64,000 bases of DNA from an uncultured Bdellovibrionales bacterium (GCA_964496065.1 CAZBXD010000004.1:153-64152), one strand, 5' to 3'; counted from the first letter of the stretch, positions 19,889 to 30,354 are shown. Notes: generated by a model from the sequence alone, not told the origin. Made by a program: numbers and translations.

Positions 19889-22770
19889 GCAGTTTTCTTA
19901 GCTTTTTTATCGAGGCCTAAGAGGGGTTTTAGGTAATGACCAGTATAGCTGCCTTTGGTTTTGGCGATGTCTTCTGGGGTTCCCATTGCCATGATTTTCC
20001 CACCGCCAGAACCACCTTCGGGGCCAAGGTCAATGACCCAATCGGCGGTTTTAACCACTTCCAAATTATGTTCGATCACAATGACAGTATTGCCTTGTTC
20101 AACAAGTGTTTGCAGCACTTCCAATAATTTGCGGACATCTTCAAAATGGAGGCCTGTGGTTGGTTCGTCCAAAATATAAACAGTTCGCCCGGTTGAACGG
20201 CGTGAGAGTTCCTTGGCCAGTTTAATCCGTTGTGCCTCACCGCCCGAAAGTGTTGTCGCTTGTTGGCCGATTTTGATATAGCCCAAACCGACTTTTTCGA
20301 GCGTTTCCATTTTTTCTCGAATAGCGGGGACAGCCTTGAAGAATTTTGACCCTTCCTCGACCGTCATATCCAAAATATCGGCAATTGATTTACCTTTATA
20401 CGTCACTTCCAAGGTTTCACGATTATAGCGCTTGCCTTTACAGACATCACAAGTGACATAAACATCCGGCAAGAAATGCATTTCAATTTTAATGACACCA
20501 TCACCCTGACAGGCTTCGCAGCGACCGCCCTTAACATTAAAAGAAAAACGCCCGGCTTGATACCCACGGGCCTTGGCCTCGGGCAATCCGGTATACCAGT
20601 CCCGAATATGGGTAAAAGCGCCAGTATAGGTTGCTGGGTTGGAGCGTGGTGTCCGTCCGATTGGGGATTGGTCAATATCAATGACTTTGTCAACATGCTC
20701 CAAGCCTTTAATCGCTTTATGCTTAGCCGGATAAGTGCGCGCATTCATCAACCGCCCAGCCATCGTGGCATAAAGAGTATCTAGTGTTAAGGTTGATTTC
20801 CCCGATCCGGACACCCCGGTAACACAGGTTAGCGTGCCAAGCGGGAAGGTGGCTGAGACATTTTGCAAATTATTACCCGTGGCACCGACGATCTCGAGTT
20901 GTTTGAGTTTCCCTTTTTTTGTCCCGGCGGTGAGTTGGCGTTTGCCTTCACGACGTTTGGTCGGCACCGGAATTTCTCGACGCCCCGTCATATAATCAGC
21001 CGTGATACTCTCCTTACATTTGAAGACTTCCTCAGGACTCCCGGTGGCGATAATTTGGCCGCCATGAACCCCAGCACCGGGGCCAATATCGACCAGGTAA
21101 TCGGCAATTCGGATGGCTTCATCATCATGTTCAACCACGATGACAGTATTGCCCAAATCGCGTAGGCGCTTCAGCGTTTCCAGTAGGCGGGCATTATCAC
21201 GTTGATGCAGACCAATGGAGGGTTCATCGAGCACATAAAGCACCCCGGTTAGGCCAGAGCCGATCTGTGAGGCAAGACGAATACGCTGTGATTCACCACC
21301 CGAAAGGGTGCCAGATTTTCGATTCAGATTAAGATAAGACAAGCCAACATTGTTGAGAAAATGCAGGCGCTCTGAAATCTCTTTCAAAATTTTCTCGGCA
21401 ATCGTGTTTTCTTTTTTCGACAATTTTTTCGGCAGTTTAGCAAACCATTCAACGGCCTCTTCAATCGAATAAGCCGTGACATCGGAGATAGTATGATCGG
21501 CGATCTTGACCGCCAAAGCTTCTGGGCGCAGACGTTGCCCATTGCAGGCTTCACAGGGGCGTTCCGATTGAAAACGAGACAGGTCATCGCGGACCTTATT
21601 ACTATTGGTTTCTGCTAGCCGGCGTTCAAGGTTGGGAATGATCCCTTCAAACGGACGTTTGGTCTCATAGGCGCGCAACCCATCATCATAGGCAATATTG
21701 ACTGGATCCCCGGCGGTGCCATGCAGGAGGGTATCCTGCGCTTCTTGGGTCAATTCCTCCCACGGCGTCGTTATGCTAATCCCGAGATGGCGTGCCAAAC
21801 CATCCAGGGTTTGCATATAATAAGGCGAGGTTGTATGTGCCCATGGGGCGACGGCCCCCTGACGCAAGCTGAGTTTTTTATTCGGGATTACCAACTCTTC
21901 GTCAAAGGAATGTTTTGATCCCAAACCGTCACAGATCGGGCACGCCCCGAAAGGGGAGTTGAAGGAAAATAGCCGCGGCTCAATCTCATCAATGGTAAAT
22001 CCGGATTCAGGGCACGCAAATTTAGCGGAAAAAACTGTCCGGTTGTCATTGTCAATTTCATCGACATAAATCAGACCATCCGAGAGCATCAATGCTGTTT
22101 CAATTGAGTCTGCTGACCGTTGGGCGATGTCATCTTTGACCTTTAGGCGGTCAACCACCACTTCAATGTCATGTTTGATTTGTTTATCGAGGGTGGGCAG
22201 ATCATCGAGTTCATAAAAATCACCATCGATACGAATACGCTGAAAGCCTTTTTTGCGTAGGTCAAGCATCTCCTTGCGATACTCCCCCTTTCGGCCACGG
22301 ACAATAGGGGCGAGAAGATAAATTTTCGTGCCTTCTTCCATCTCGAGGATCCGATCGACCATTTGTGACACGGTCTGTGAGGTGATCGGGAGTCCGGTCG
22401 CCGGCGAATACGGCACCCCAATCCGCGCCCAAAGGAGACGCATATAATCGTATATTTCGGTCACTGTCCCAACGGTAGAGCGTGGATTTTTACTGGTGGT
22501 TTTTTGCTCAATCGAAATCGCGGGGGATAGACCTTCGATGCTATCAACATCCGGCTTTTGCATCATATTGAGGAATTGTCGGGCATAGGCCGAGAGACTT
22601 TCGACATAGCGCCGCTGCCCCTCAGCGTAAATTGTGTCAAAAGCCAGCGAAGATTTACCCGACCCGGAGAGGCCCGTGATCACGATCAATTTATCACGCG
22701 GTAGGTCAACACTGATATTTTTGAGGTTATGTTCGCGGGCGCCACGAACAGAGATATGGGTGTTTGCCAT
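19885..22770 (-). CDS. uvrA: excinuclease ABC subunit A
   Basis: Two ABC modules ([20 protein letters not shown]) and zinc-finger Cys clusters. The likely start is [16 protein letters not shown] at 22770, with GGAG upstream; the ORF extends to a GTG at 22794. Confidence 0.97.
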   Translation of the reverse strand: MANTHISVRGAREHNLKNISVDLPRDKLIVITGLSGSGKSSLAFDTIYAEGQRRYVESLSAYARQFLNMMQKPDVDSIEGLSPAISIEQKTTSKNPRSTVGTVTEIYDYMRLLWARIGVPYSPATGLPITSQTVSQMVDRILEMEEGTKIYLLAPIVRGRKGEYRKEMLDLRKKGFQRIRIDGDFYELDDLPTLDKQIKHDIEVVVDRLKVKDDIAQRSADSIETALMLSDGLIYVDEIDNDNRTVFSAKFACPESGFTIDEIEPRLFSFNSPFGACPICDGLGSKHSFDEELVIPNKKLSLRQGAVAPWAHTTSPYYMQTLDGLARHLGISITTPWEELTQEAQDTLLHGTAGDPVNIAYDDGLRAYETKRPFEGIIPNLERRLAETNSNKVRDDLSRFQSERPCEACNGQRLRPEALAVKIADHTISDVTAYSIEEAVEWFAKLPKKLSKKENTIAEKILKEISERLHFLNNVGLSYLNLNRKSGTLSGGESQRIRLASQIGSGLTGVLYVLDEPSIGLHQRDNARLLETLKRLRDLGNTVIVVEHDDEAIRIADYLVDIGPGAGVHGGQIIATGSPEEVFKCKESITADYMTGRREIPVPTKRREGKRQLTAGTKKGKLKQLEIVGATGNNLQNVSATFPLGTLTCVTGVSGSGKSTLTLDTLYATMAGRLMNARTYPAKHKAIKGLEHVDKVIDIDQSPIGRTPRSNPATYTGAFTHIRDWYTGLPEAKARGYQAGRFSFNVKGGRCEACQGDGVIKIEMHFLPDVYVTCDVCKGKRYNRETLEVTYKGKSIADILDMTVEEGSKFFKAVPAIREKMETLEKVGLGYIKIGQQATTLSGGEAQRIKLAKELSRRSTGRTVYILDEPTTGLHFEDVRKLLEVLQTLVEQGNTVIVIEHNLEVVKTADWVIDLGPEGGSGGGKIMAMGTPEDIAKTKGSYTGHYLKPLLGLDKKAKKTA

Positions 22771-23051
22771 TTTCGACTCCAGTTTATCCACCAAACCCCG
22801 ATGTTATAAAGGATTTTACGAAAAATGCAAGGGCTGCCGCCCACAGATAAGCGCGATAAAAAACCAAAGAACTAACCGAATATTTACTATTATGATAAAT
22901 AATAGAAACGTGTGTCGGGTTGTGGTTACCCTGCAAAACAGGACTAAGAATAAGGAATAAAAACCCCTCTTGTTGTAGGTATATATGAGTTTCAAAAAAA
23001 TGAGTTAGACGTATTAAGTGTTGGACTTTTGTCATTAAAATCCCCCACTAT

Positions 23052-23096
23052 GCGGCGGCGTGACCTGTTTTTGTGGTGACGTCGCCGCTTTTTTTA
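23052..23096 (+). terminator. strong orphan intrinsic terminator-like hairpin
   Basis: GCGGCGGCGTGACC / GGTGACGTCGCCGC form a 14-bp stem (one mismatch, one G-U) with a 9-nt loop, followed by T7. No plus-strand gene lies upstream of it. Confidence 0.6.
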
Positions 23097-23155
23097 TTAA
23101 CACCCGTGCTGTTTTTCGCTATAAAAACTCTCATATTAAGTAATAGAGAGCGATT

Positions 23156-23467
23156 ATGCCAAAACTGATTTTTATTGAACGGGATGGAACCCAGAAACAG
23201 GTTGATGTGCCGGTGGGGGCGACATTACTGCGGGCGTGTAAAGATAATGATATTGACCTCGAAGGGGCGTGTGGCGGGTCCTTGGCCTGCGCCACCTGTC
23301 ATCTGGTATTTGAAAAGGTCAATTTTGACACCCTGCCCAGGATTACGGATGAAGAAGAAGATATGCTCGATCTCGCCTTTGGATTAACGGCAACGTCACG
23401 GTTAGGGTGTCAAATCACGGTGAGCGAAGAAATGGACGGGTGGGTGATTAAATTGCCGGAGGCATAG
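23156..23467 (+). CDS. 2Fe-2S ferredoxin (adrenodoxin type)
   Basis: 103 aa. CGGSLACATCH...C cluster ligand pattern. Confidence 0.9.
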   Translation: MPKLIFIERDGTQKQVDVPVGATLLRACKDNDIDLEGACGGSLACATCHLVFEKVNFDTLPRITDEEEDMLDLAFGLTATSRLGCQITVSEEMDGWVIKLPEA

Positions 23468-23475
23468 AGATCATA

Positions 23476-23703
23476 TTAAAGCCGTGCTCCTATACAACGT
23501 TTAAATATTATTCTATTTCCCTCTCGAAAGTCTTTTCTAGATTCATCAGCTTCAAAAATCTCGTCAATAATATCTCTTATTACTTCCGCGACGTGTACCG
23601 GATGATTTTTTTTGTCATGAATTATTTTACGCGCCGCTTCACCAATAATATTAGCTGATTCCACGTCTTGATCAGAATGTTTTCCAGCAATGACCCCAAA
23701 CAT
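23476..23703 (-). CDS. hypothetical small protein, truncated paralog of 24208-24555
   Basis: 75 aa. IGEAARKIIHDKKNHPVHVAEVIRDIIDEIF aligns with LAEIAKKIVESEETHPSQITAAKEINRIITQNF of the 115-aa neighbour. The frame stays open 26 codons upstream without a start codon. Confidence 0.4.
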   Translation of the reverse strand: MFGVIAGKHSDQDVESANIIGEAARKIIHDKKNHPVHVAEVIRDIIDEIFEADESRKDFREGNRIIFKRCIGARL

Positions 23704-23817
23704 CTGACGAAAAAGGTGTAAATTTGTATTGAGGGGATTGCTCTCAGTAATCTCCTCTTTTAGGCTTCTAACTTTTGTCTAATATCACTTGATGCCATTT
23801 TTATTATCCCTATTATA

Positions 23818-24132
23818 TTATGGATTTAGATAATCGGTAACAATTTGTTTAACAGGATCGTCGTCTTTAAGATTCTGCACTGCCTCTGCCATGGCTTTCT
23901 TGAATTTATTTTTCTGTTTTCGTGTATTAATTGTATCAAGTCCATTTTCAATCATTTTTTTGAATTCTTTTTTATGCGCGTTCGTTATAACGCCCTTGTA
24001 TTTAGTAAAGATTTCGATCATTTCTTGGAAAGCCACAATTTTTCCTTCCATATATACGCTTTCAACGATCATATCTTCATGCAAAGAAATTTCTTTGGAA
24101 AGTTCTTCTGGTGTTATTTCTTGGTCGGACAT
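23818..24132 (-). CDS. hypothetical small helical protein (paralog family)
   Basis: ATG at 24132 (MSDQEITPEEL) with AGGAGAG upstream. Shares KIVAFQEMIEIF with KIAAFEEMVKLF of the next gene. Confidence 0.55.
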   Translation of the reverse strand: MSDQEITPEELSKEISLHEDMIVESVYMEGKIVAFQEMIEIFTKYKGVITNAHKKEFKKMIENGLDTINTRKQKNKFKKAMAEAVQNLKDDDPVKQIVTDYLNP

Positions 24133-24207
24133 ATTCGATTCTCTCTCCTTTAAAGACAATAATTATAAGACATAATTTTGAGGTTTGGATGATTTTTTGT
24201 CTCTACA

Positions 24208-24555
24208 TTACCCGATGATAATATAATTTTCGATTTCTTTATAAACAGCACTATAGACCTTTATATATTTTTCTGATCCAAATTTGTTCTTATCAAAATT
24301 CTGTGTGATTATACGATTAATTTCTTTAGCCGCGGTGATCTGTGATGGGTGTGTTTCTTCTGATTCAACAATTTTTTTTGCGATCTCGGCTAAATTTTTT
24401 TCTTCTTCGTATAAAAGCAGGGCGTCTCTGTTGTTTTTAAAAAGCTTGACCATTTCCTCAAATGCCGCAATTTTTTCTTCCAACGTAGTCCGTTTAATTC
24501 TTGCTAAAATAGCCTCTCCTAGTTTTTGGAATTTGTCTGTCGGCTTTTCTGCCAT
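24208..24555 (-). CDS. hypothetical small helical protein (paralog family)
   Basis: 115 aa. RBS GGGGATGA upstream. AT-rich and predicted all-helical by composition. Confidence 0.55.
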   Translation of the reverse strand: MAEKPTDKFQKLGEAILARIKRTTLEEKIAAFEEMVKLFKNNRDALLLYEEEKNLAEIAKKIVESEETHPSQITAAKEINRIITQNFDKNKFGSEKYIKVYSAVYKEIENYIIIG

Positions 24556-24679
24556 ATTTTTTCATCCCCATTCTTATGTCAAGATAATTAGAAGAAATGA
24601 TTACTCGAGTCAAGAAAAATATGGAAAGTATTGGCTTTTTGGATAAAAATCGTGTATAAAAGCGTCCGTTTTTTAAGGA

Positions 24680-25846
24680 ATGCGAAATATGACACAGACA
24701 TTAAATAGTCTCGGCCTGCCAAAGGCTCCAAAAGATACCCGTGTCGTGGTGGCGATGTCGGGCGGGGTTGATTCGTCTGTGGCGGCTGCACTTTTGCATG
24801 AACAGGGCTATGATGTGATTGGCATCACGCTGCAGCTGTATGATTATGGTCTTGTCGTGGGAAAAAAAGGGGCGTGTTGCGCTGGCCAGGATATTTATGA
24901 TGCAAAAAAAGTCGCGGATGAAAAGGGGTTCCCACATTACGTCCTTAATTATGAATCGCAATTTAAAGAGGCTGTGATTGATGATTTTGCCGATAGTTAT
25001 TTGCGCGGTGAAACACCGATCCCATGTGTCCGGTGTAATCAAACAGTTAAATTTGATGATTTGCTCAAAACAGCAAAAGATTTGAATGCGGATGTGATGG
25101 CGACTGGGCACTATATCAAACGTGTAACCGGATCGGATGGCAAAGGGCAATTGCATCGCGGGCTTGATCTTACTAAGGATCAAAGCTATTTCCTGTTTGC
25201 CACAACCCAAGAACAGATTGATTTCCTTCGTTTTCCGCTGGGTGGGATGAATAAAAGTGAGACCCGAAAAATTGCGCAACGGCTTGGTCTCAATGTTGCG
25301 AATAAGCCAGATAGCCAAGATATTTGCTTTGTGCCCGATGGTGATTACGCTAATGTTGTGCGCAAACTACGCCCAGATGCGATTCGTTCTGGGATAATCC
25401 GTCATGTTGACGGCACAGAGCTGGGGACGCATCAGGGCATTATCAAATACACGATCGGCCAGCGCAAAGGATTAGGTCTTGGGGGCGCTGAAACCCAAGG
25501 GGATCCGCTTTATGTTGTTGCGATTGACCCCGATGCCCAAGAGGTGATTGTTGGGCCGCGCTCGGCGCTGGCGCGTGATCGCATTATCCTCAAGGAAACC
25601 AATTGGGTTGGAGATGCAGCTTTGTCAACAAGGCCATTGACGGTGGAAGTTAAAATCCGCTCCAACCAAAATCCAGCGCCGGCGCATGTTTTGATCAATG
25701 CTGAGGGTGATATGGAGGTGGTTTTGGCAACCGCACAATACGGCGTTTCGCCCGGTCAGGCCTGCGTGATTTATGACGGGGATCGTGTCCTCGGCGGCGG
25801 ATGGATTGCCGTGACGGATAATACACAGACGCCCTTAGCGGCATAG
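24680..25846 (+). CDS. mnmA: tRNA 2-thiouridine(34) synthase
   Basis: PP-loop [15 protein letters not shown], with conserved Cys residues and C-terminal barrel. Confidence 0.95.
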   Translation: MRNMTQTLNSLGLPKAPKDTRVVVAMSGGVDSSVAAALLHEQGYDVIGITLQLYDYGLVVGKKGACCAGQDIYDAKKVADEKGFPHYVLNYESQFKEAVIDDFADSYLRGETPIPCVRCNQTVKFDDLLKTAKDLNADVMATGHYIKRVTGSDGKGQLHRGLDLTKDQSYFLFATTQEQIDFLRFPLGGMNKSETRKIAQRLGLNVANKPDSQDICFVPDGDYANVVRKLRPDAIRSGIIRHVDGTELGTHQGIIKYTIGQRKGLGLGGAETQGDPLYVVAIDPDAQEVIVGPRSALARDRIILKETNWVGDAALSTRPLTVEVKIRSNQNPAPAHVLINAEGDMEVVLATAQYGVSPGQACVIYDGDRVLGGGWIAVTDNTQTPLAA

Positions 25847-25910
25847 CAAAACAAGATAATAGCGGCCAAATATTTTTCCTTTTTCTTCATTATTTATGCT
25901 ATAATAAGGC

Positions 25911-26543
25911 ATGAAAATTTTTATGTTTTTAGCGATCTTTTTTCTCTCCATGCCAGCCTTTGCGCAAGGGGTGGATTGGGATAAAATCGGTCAGCCGATG
26001 GGCGATGATACCCGCGATGTTTATGATCGCTATGTCTATTTTGATGAAGATAAAACCACCGATCTGAATGTTGCCTTGTCTCATCCGATTTTATCGTTGC
26101 AGGCGATGGGATTTTGGTTATCTGAAACTATCCCACAAATAATGGCGCTATCAGGGGCCAGTTATCGGCAAGGTTTAAAAGATATTCAACCGTTTTTTAC
26201 GGATAAGGGCTATCGCGCATTTATCCGCTTTCTTGATCAACAAAAAATCTCATCTCGATTAGAGCAAACACGATCGGATTTGAGTGTTGTCGTTGAAATG
26301 AATCCCGATATCCTCGCTGATGCGGTTTTTAATGGTGTGTATCGCTGGAATGTTGATGTACCGCTCCTTGTTTCATATCGCAATAGCAATATACCACAAC
26401 AAAAAATGACAATTAATTTAGATGTCGTTCGGGTGCCTTTTGGTAAAAATTCTGATGGGTTGGCTTTTGATTTTTGGGAAATAAAATATCCACAAGAGAC
26501 AGATCACAAAACATTAGATAAGGATGTTGACCCGCTCCTATAA
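25911..26543 (+). CDS. secreted hypothetical protein, tentatively IcmL/DotI-like
   Basis: 210 aa with signal peptide MKIFMFLAIFFLSMPAFA. The pattern FFTDKGY...GVYRWNVDVPLLVSY...MTINLDVVRVP...GLAFDFWEI resembles my memory of the IcmL/DotI family profile. Not verified. Confidence 0.35.
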   Translation: MKIFMFLAIFFLSMPAFAQGVDWDKIGQPMGDDTRDVYDRYVYFDEDKTTDLNVALSHPILSLQAMGFWLSETIPQIMALSGASYRQGLKDIQPFFTDKGYRAFIRFLDQQKISSRLEQTRSDLSVVVEMNPDILADAVFNGVYRWNVDVPLLVSYRNSNIPQQKMTINLDVVRVPFGKNSDGLAFDFWEIKYPQETDHKTLDKDVDPLL

Positions 26544-26597
26544 TGCGATTATCAATAGCACATTCTTTTACAACATAACATCTTAAGAGTATAAATA

Positions 26598-26843
26598 ATG
26601 TCTGATATTGGTGGCGTTTCTGGTGAGCGCCTAAAAAGTTTTATTGAGCGCATCGAACGGCTAGAAGAAGAAAAAGCTGCGTTGATGGAGGATATTCGTG
26701 AAGTCTATGGTGAGGCTAAAGCTGTTGGGTTTGATGCTAAAATCATGCGCAAAGTTGTCAGTTTGCGCCGAATGGATACCGATAAGCGCCGTGAAGAAGA
26801 AGAAATTTTGGATTTGTATAAAGTCGCCGTCGGCCTTGCTTAA
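26598..26843 (+). CDS. DUF2312/UPF0335 protein (GapR-like nucleoid-associated protein family)
   Basis: 81 aa. LKSFIERIERLEEEKAALMEDIREVYGEAKAVGFDAKIMRKVVSLRR is the hallmark of the family. Confidence 0.88.
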   Translation: MSDIGGVSGERLKSFIERIERLEEEKAALMEDIREVYGEAKAVGFDAKIMRKVVSLRRMDTDKRREEEEILDLYKVAVGLA

Positions 26844-26852
26844 TCTATTCGT

Positions 26853-27593
26853 TTAGTTTCTATTTCCAACCCAATTTCCTTTTACGGACTGATAAAGGCT
26901 AATCGCTGCAGCCAGGGCGGTTTCAGTCCGCAAAGTGAGCGGTCCAAGATGAACAAATTGGCACATTGGATGATCTGATAATAAAGCCAGCTCAGGATCA
27001 GAAAACCCCCCTTCTGGCCCAATTAAAATACCAGCGCCTTTATCCCTTTGCTTTTGTAAGGTATCAATAAAAGCTGGCGCAGTGCCTCGCTCCGCACAAA
27101 TATAAAGGGGACGATTTTGTGGCCAATCTGCGATCAGGCGTGGCAATGGATGGGCGTCATGCACATTGACAAGTGCGGTAGCGCCACATTGTTGCGCGGC
27201 TTCAATCGCATTGCTGCTTAACCGATCAATATTGACGCGTTTAATATCAGTAAATTCGGTGTAAACGGGTATAAAATCAGAAGCGCCGAGCTCAACTGTT
27301 TTTTCTAGGCAAAAATCAAAACGATCTTTTTTGACTGGGGCGCAAGCAATCCATAAATCAGATAAAATTTCTTGCTTCTTTATTCTTTCTTGTAAGACAG
27401 CTGTTCCATGGTTTTTTGATAAGGCCGTTATTTCACTTTGCCATTCGCCATCCTGCCCATTAAAGAAGTAAAGCTTTTTACCAACATCTTGGCGCAAAAC
27501 ATTGCGCAGGTAATGGGCCTGTGCCTTTGTGAGAGAAACGGTTGTCTCTTCGGCCAAAGGCATATCAGTGTATAGGCGGATCATCCGGGTCAT
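26853..27593 (-). CDS. rsmE: 16S rRNA (uracil1498-N3)-methyltransferase
   Basis: 246 aa. PUA-like N-terminus and the C-terminal IGPEGGFS motif. Confidence 0.88.
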   Translation of the reverse strand: MTRMIRLYTDMPLAEETTVSLTKAQAHYLRNVLRQDVGKKLYFFNGQDGEWQSEITALSKNHGTAVLQERIKKQEILSDLWIACAPVKKDRFDFCLEKTVELGASDFIPVYTEFTDIKRVNIDRLSSNAIEAAQQCGATALVNVHDAHPLPRLIADWPQNRPLYICAERGTAPAFIDTLQKQRDKGAGILIGPEGGFSDPELALLSDHPMCQFVHLGPLTLRTETALAAAISLYQSVKGNWVGNRN

Positions 27594-27637
27594 AACAGGC
27601 TCGCTTTGTCTTTAAGAACAGGATAAGATGAAAAGCG

Positions 27638-28594
27638 ATGTCTGAAAAGCCTATCTGTGATATTCGTACCCCGTTTTGGTATGATTTTTTACCTGACTGG
27701 TTGGTCCCTTATGCTCAATTAGCGCGTTGGGATCGCCCCGTTGGGATTTGGTTGTTGTTTATCCCTTGCTTGTGGGGGATGTTTTTTGTCGCGACATCAC
27801 AACAAACATTACCACAGCTTTTATCAATCGCCGTGTTGTTTTTAATTGGCAGTGTTGCCATGCGTGGAGCGGGATGTATCATCAATGATTTGTGGGATCG
27901 AGATCTTGATAGAAAAGTGGCGCGTACTAAAAATCGTCCTCTTGCTAGCGGTGTGATTACGCGTCGACAGGCCTTTGTATGGATGTTGGTTCATTTACTT
28001 ATTGGAGCGCTGGTTTTGTTCCAGTTTAACAAATTGACGATCTTGATTGGTCTCGCGTCTCTCCCGCTTATCATTCTTTATCCCCTTATGAAAAGAATTA
28101 CATTTTGGCCGCAGGCTTTTTTAGGGATCACATTCAATTGGGGGGTTTTGCTTGGGGCGACGGTCATAACGGGAAAAATTTCTCCAGCTTTATTATGGCT
28201 TTATGGCGCAGCTGTGTTATGGACACTTGCTTATGATACAATTTATGCGTTTCAGGATATAGAAGATGATATTCGTATTGGGGTTCGTTCCACGGCCCGG
28301 CTCTTTAATCATCATGTAAAGCCAGTTCTTACAGTTTTTTATTGCCTTATGATGTTTTGCCTATGCCAGGCTGGCGATGATATCGCCGCGCCAAATCTCT
28401 ATTTTATTGGGGTTGGTATTTTTACACTTGTTCACCTAATCGCTCTGTGGCGATATTGGAACTTATCTAATCCAGCCTCATCCCTTAAGATTTTTAAATA
28501 TCATGTCTTATTTGGTTGGGGATTAACACTGATCCTGGTCTTCAAATTTCTTTTGACTGTTTCCGGTAATCACGGCACAATAATGCCAATTTAA
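27638..28594 (+). CDS. ubiA: 4-hydroxybenzoate polyprenyltransferase
   Basis: 318 aa polytopic protein. NDLWDRDLDRKVARTKNRPLASG motif. Confidence 0.92.
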   Translation: MSEKPICDIRTPFWYDFLPDWLVPYAQLARWDRPVGIWLLFIPCLWGMFFVATSQQTLPQLLSIAVLFLIGSVAMRGAGCIINDLWDRDLDRKVARTKNRPLASGVITRRQAFVWMLVHLLIGALVLFQFNKLTILIGLASLPLIILYPLMKRITFWPQAFLGITFNWGVLLGATVITGKISPALLWLYGAAVLWTLAYDTIYAFQDIEDDIRIGVRSTARLFNHHVKPVLTVFYCLMMFCLCQAGDDIAAPNLYFIGVGIFTLVHLIALWRYWNLSNPASSLKIFKYHVLFGWGLTLILVFKFLLTVSGNHGTIMPI

Positions 28595-28612
28595 ATTGGA
28601 GTATGGCAAGTA

Positions 28613-28885
28613 ATGACAACAGAAACACTCCCAGAGATTGACACTCTCTCTTTTGAACAAGCGCTTAAAGAATTAGAGGCGATTGTTCGATCTCTTGAAT
28701 CCGGTCAAGCCGATTTAGAAAAATCGATCGCGCTTTACGATCGCGGTGCAGCGCTGCGTAAACATTGTGAAGCCAAACTAACCGAGGCGCAGGCAAAAGT
28801 TGAAAAAATTACTCTTTATCCGGATGGTACGGTGCAAATACAATCATTGGATCCAGAGGGCGGCGAGAATGACAGCTCTGCTTAA
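28613..28885 (+). CDS. xseB: exodeoxyribonuclease VII small subunit
   Basis: 90 aa. FEQALKELEAIVRSLESGQADLEKSIALYDRG. Confidence 0.9.
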   Translation: MTTETLPEIDTLSFEQALKELEAIVRSLESGQADLEKSIALYDRGAALRKHCEAKLTEAQAKVEKITLYPDGTVQIQSLDPEGGENDSSA

Positions 28886-29762
28886 ACAGGCGATGCAACA
28901 AACCGCAAAGGCAATCGATGATGCGATTGATCGTCTTATGCCAAAAAGTCAGGAACTCGAAGGGCGTGTTCTTGATGCGATGCGTTATGCGACATTAAAC
29001 GGCGGCAAACGTCTGCGGCCACTTCTGATTATGACAACAGCGGATATGTTTGGGGTTGATGTTCAACGCTCCATTCGTGTCGCCGCGGCTGTGGAATGTG
29101 TACATAGTTATTCTCTCATTCATGATGATTTACCGGCAATGGATAACTCTAAACTTCGGCGCGGACGACCGACAACCCATTGTGAATATGATCCGGCGAC
29201 CGCTATTCTTGCCGGAGATGCGCTACAGTCTTTGGCGTTTGAAATTTTAGCAGATGAGGAAACGCATCAGGACCCCCATATTCGCTGTAAATTAATTGCG
29301 GGATTGGCGCGCGCGATTGGTACGCGCGGCATGGCTGGGGGGCAAATGCTCGATATTATTGGTGAAACCACTGATCTGGATATTGGTAATACCACTCGGA
29401 TGCAGCGGATGAAAACCGGGGCTCTGATCATGTATTCATGTGAAGCCGGTGCGATTATGGGGCGCGCCAGTGCTAAACATATGATGCATCTGCGCAATTA
29501 TGCGCATGATATTGGCTTGGCATTTCAATTGACGGATGATCTCCTCGATCATGAAGGGGTTGAGCAAGATGTTGGTAAAGATGTTCGCCAGGATGCAGAG
29601 GCGAATAAGGCCACGTTTATTAAACATCTTGGTGTTGAAGAAACCCGAAAAAAGGTCAGCCTCTTATTAGAACAGGCAATTGGGCATCTCGCAATTTATG
29701 AAGATGGTCGGGCGGATATTCTCATTGAGCTTGCACAATTTATCGAAACGCGTAAATCATGA
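28869..29762 (+). CDS. ispA: polyprenyl (farnesyl/geranylgeranyl) diphosphate synthase
   Basis: Likely start MTALLKQ at 28869, overlapping the xseB end. Asp-rich motifs LIHDDLPAMDN and QLTDDLLD. Confidence 0.9.
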   Translation: MTALLKQAMQQTAKAIDDAIDRLMPKSQELEGRVLDAMRYATLNGGKRLRPLLIMTTADMFGVDVQRSIRVAAAVECVHSYSLIHDDLPAMDNSKLRRGRPTTHCEYDPATAILAGDALQSLAFEILADEETHQDPHIRCKLIAGLARAIGTRGMAGGQMLDIIGETTDLDIGNTTRMQRMKTGALIMYSCEAGAIMGRASAKHMMHLRNYAHDIGLAFQLTDDLLDHEGVEQDVGKDVRQDAEANKATFIKHLGVEETRKKVSLLLEQAIGHLAIYEDGRADILIELAQFIETRKS

Positions 29763-29775
29763 TCTCAAAAATAGA

Positions 29776-30354
29776 TCAGGCAAAAACTTTTCCATTATGA
29801 TAATAGGGTAATGCGCTTTCGTGAATATCCCGCAATTGTGGATAATTATTTTCTTTTTCGCTGACGAGCGGGCAAGAAAGCGGCCATTCAATTTTTAAAT
29901 CATGGTCATTCCAAAAAATTCCAGCCTCATCAAGTGGATCACTAAAGCAGGATTGTTTAATATGCAGACCAGCCGTATCACTCAATGTGCAATACCCATA
30001 AGCAAGACCTGGTCTGAGATAAACTTGGCGATTATGCGCATCGCAAATATCAATGGCAATCCATTTGCCAAACGTTTTTGATTGTTGTCGGACATCCACA
30101 ACGACAAGATGGATATGCCCATGGATCAGAGTAAGCAGCTCCGCTCTTTTGCCAGTTTTTTGGTAAGTAAGGCCACGTAGAACCCCCTTGAAGGAGCGAA
30201 TATAGTGATCTTCAACATAGCGGCTGGTAATACCATGCGCTGCATAAATAGCAGCTTGATAGCCAGTTGTTTGTGAGCCACGCATATCACCAGATTTTTC
30301 TGGTTCAATCAGCATGACCCCTTCAATATCGGTTGATTGGACTACTACACACAT
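29776..30354 (-). CDS. RmlC-like cupin (dTDP-4-dehydrorhamnose 3,5-epimerase homolog with substituted catalytic residues)
   Basis: 192 aa, collinear with RmlC (GDMRG, VLRGLTYQ, VVVDVR, IFWNDHDLKIEWP). However RGLH is RGLT, the K of KLV is E, and the catalytic Y position reads I. Confidence 0.75.
   Translation of the reverse strand: MCVVVQSTDIEGVMLIEPEKSGDMRGSQTTGYQAAIYAAHGITSRYVEDHYIRSFKGVLRGLTYQKTGKRAELLTLIHGHIHLVVVDVRQQSKTFGKWIAIDICDAHNRQVYLRPGLAYGYCTLSDTAGLHIKQSCFSDPLDEAGIFWNDHDLKIEWPLSCPLVSEKENNYPQLRDIHESALPYYHNGKVFA

Noticed and set aside
22795-22900. Looked for an alphaproteobacterial LexA box (GTTC-N7-GTTC or its complement) upstream of uvrA.
   Set aside because: Only a single GAAC followed by GAAT at the wrong spacing (GAAC-N5-GAAT). 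There is no convincing SOS box.
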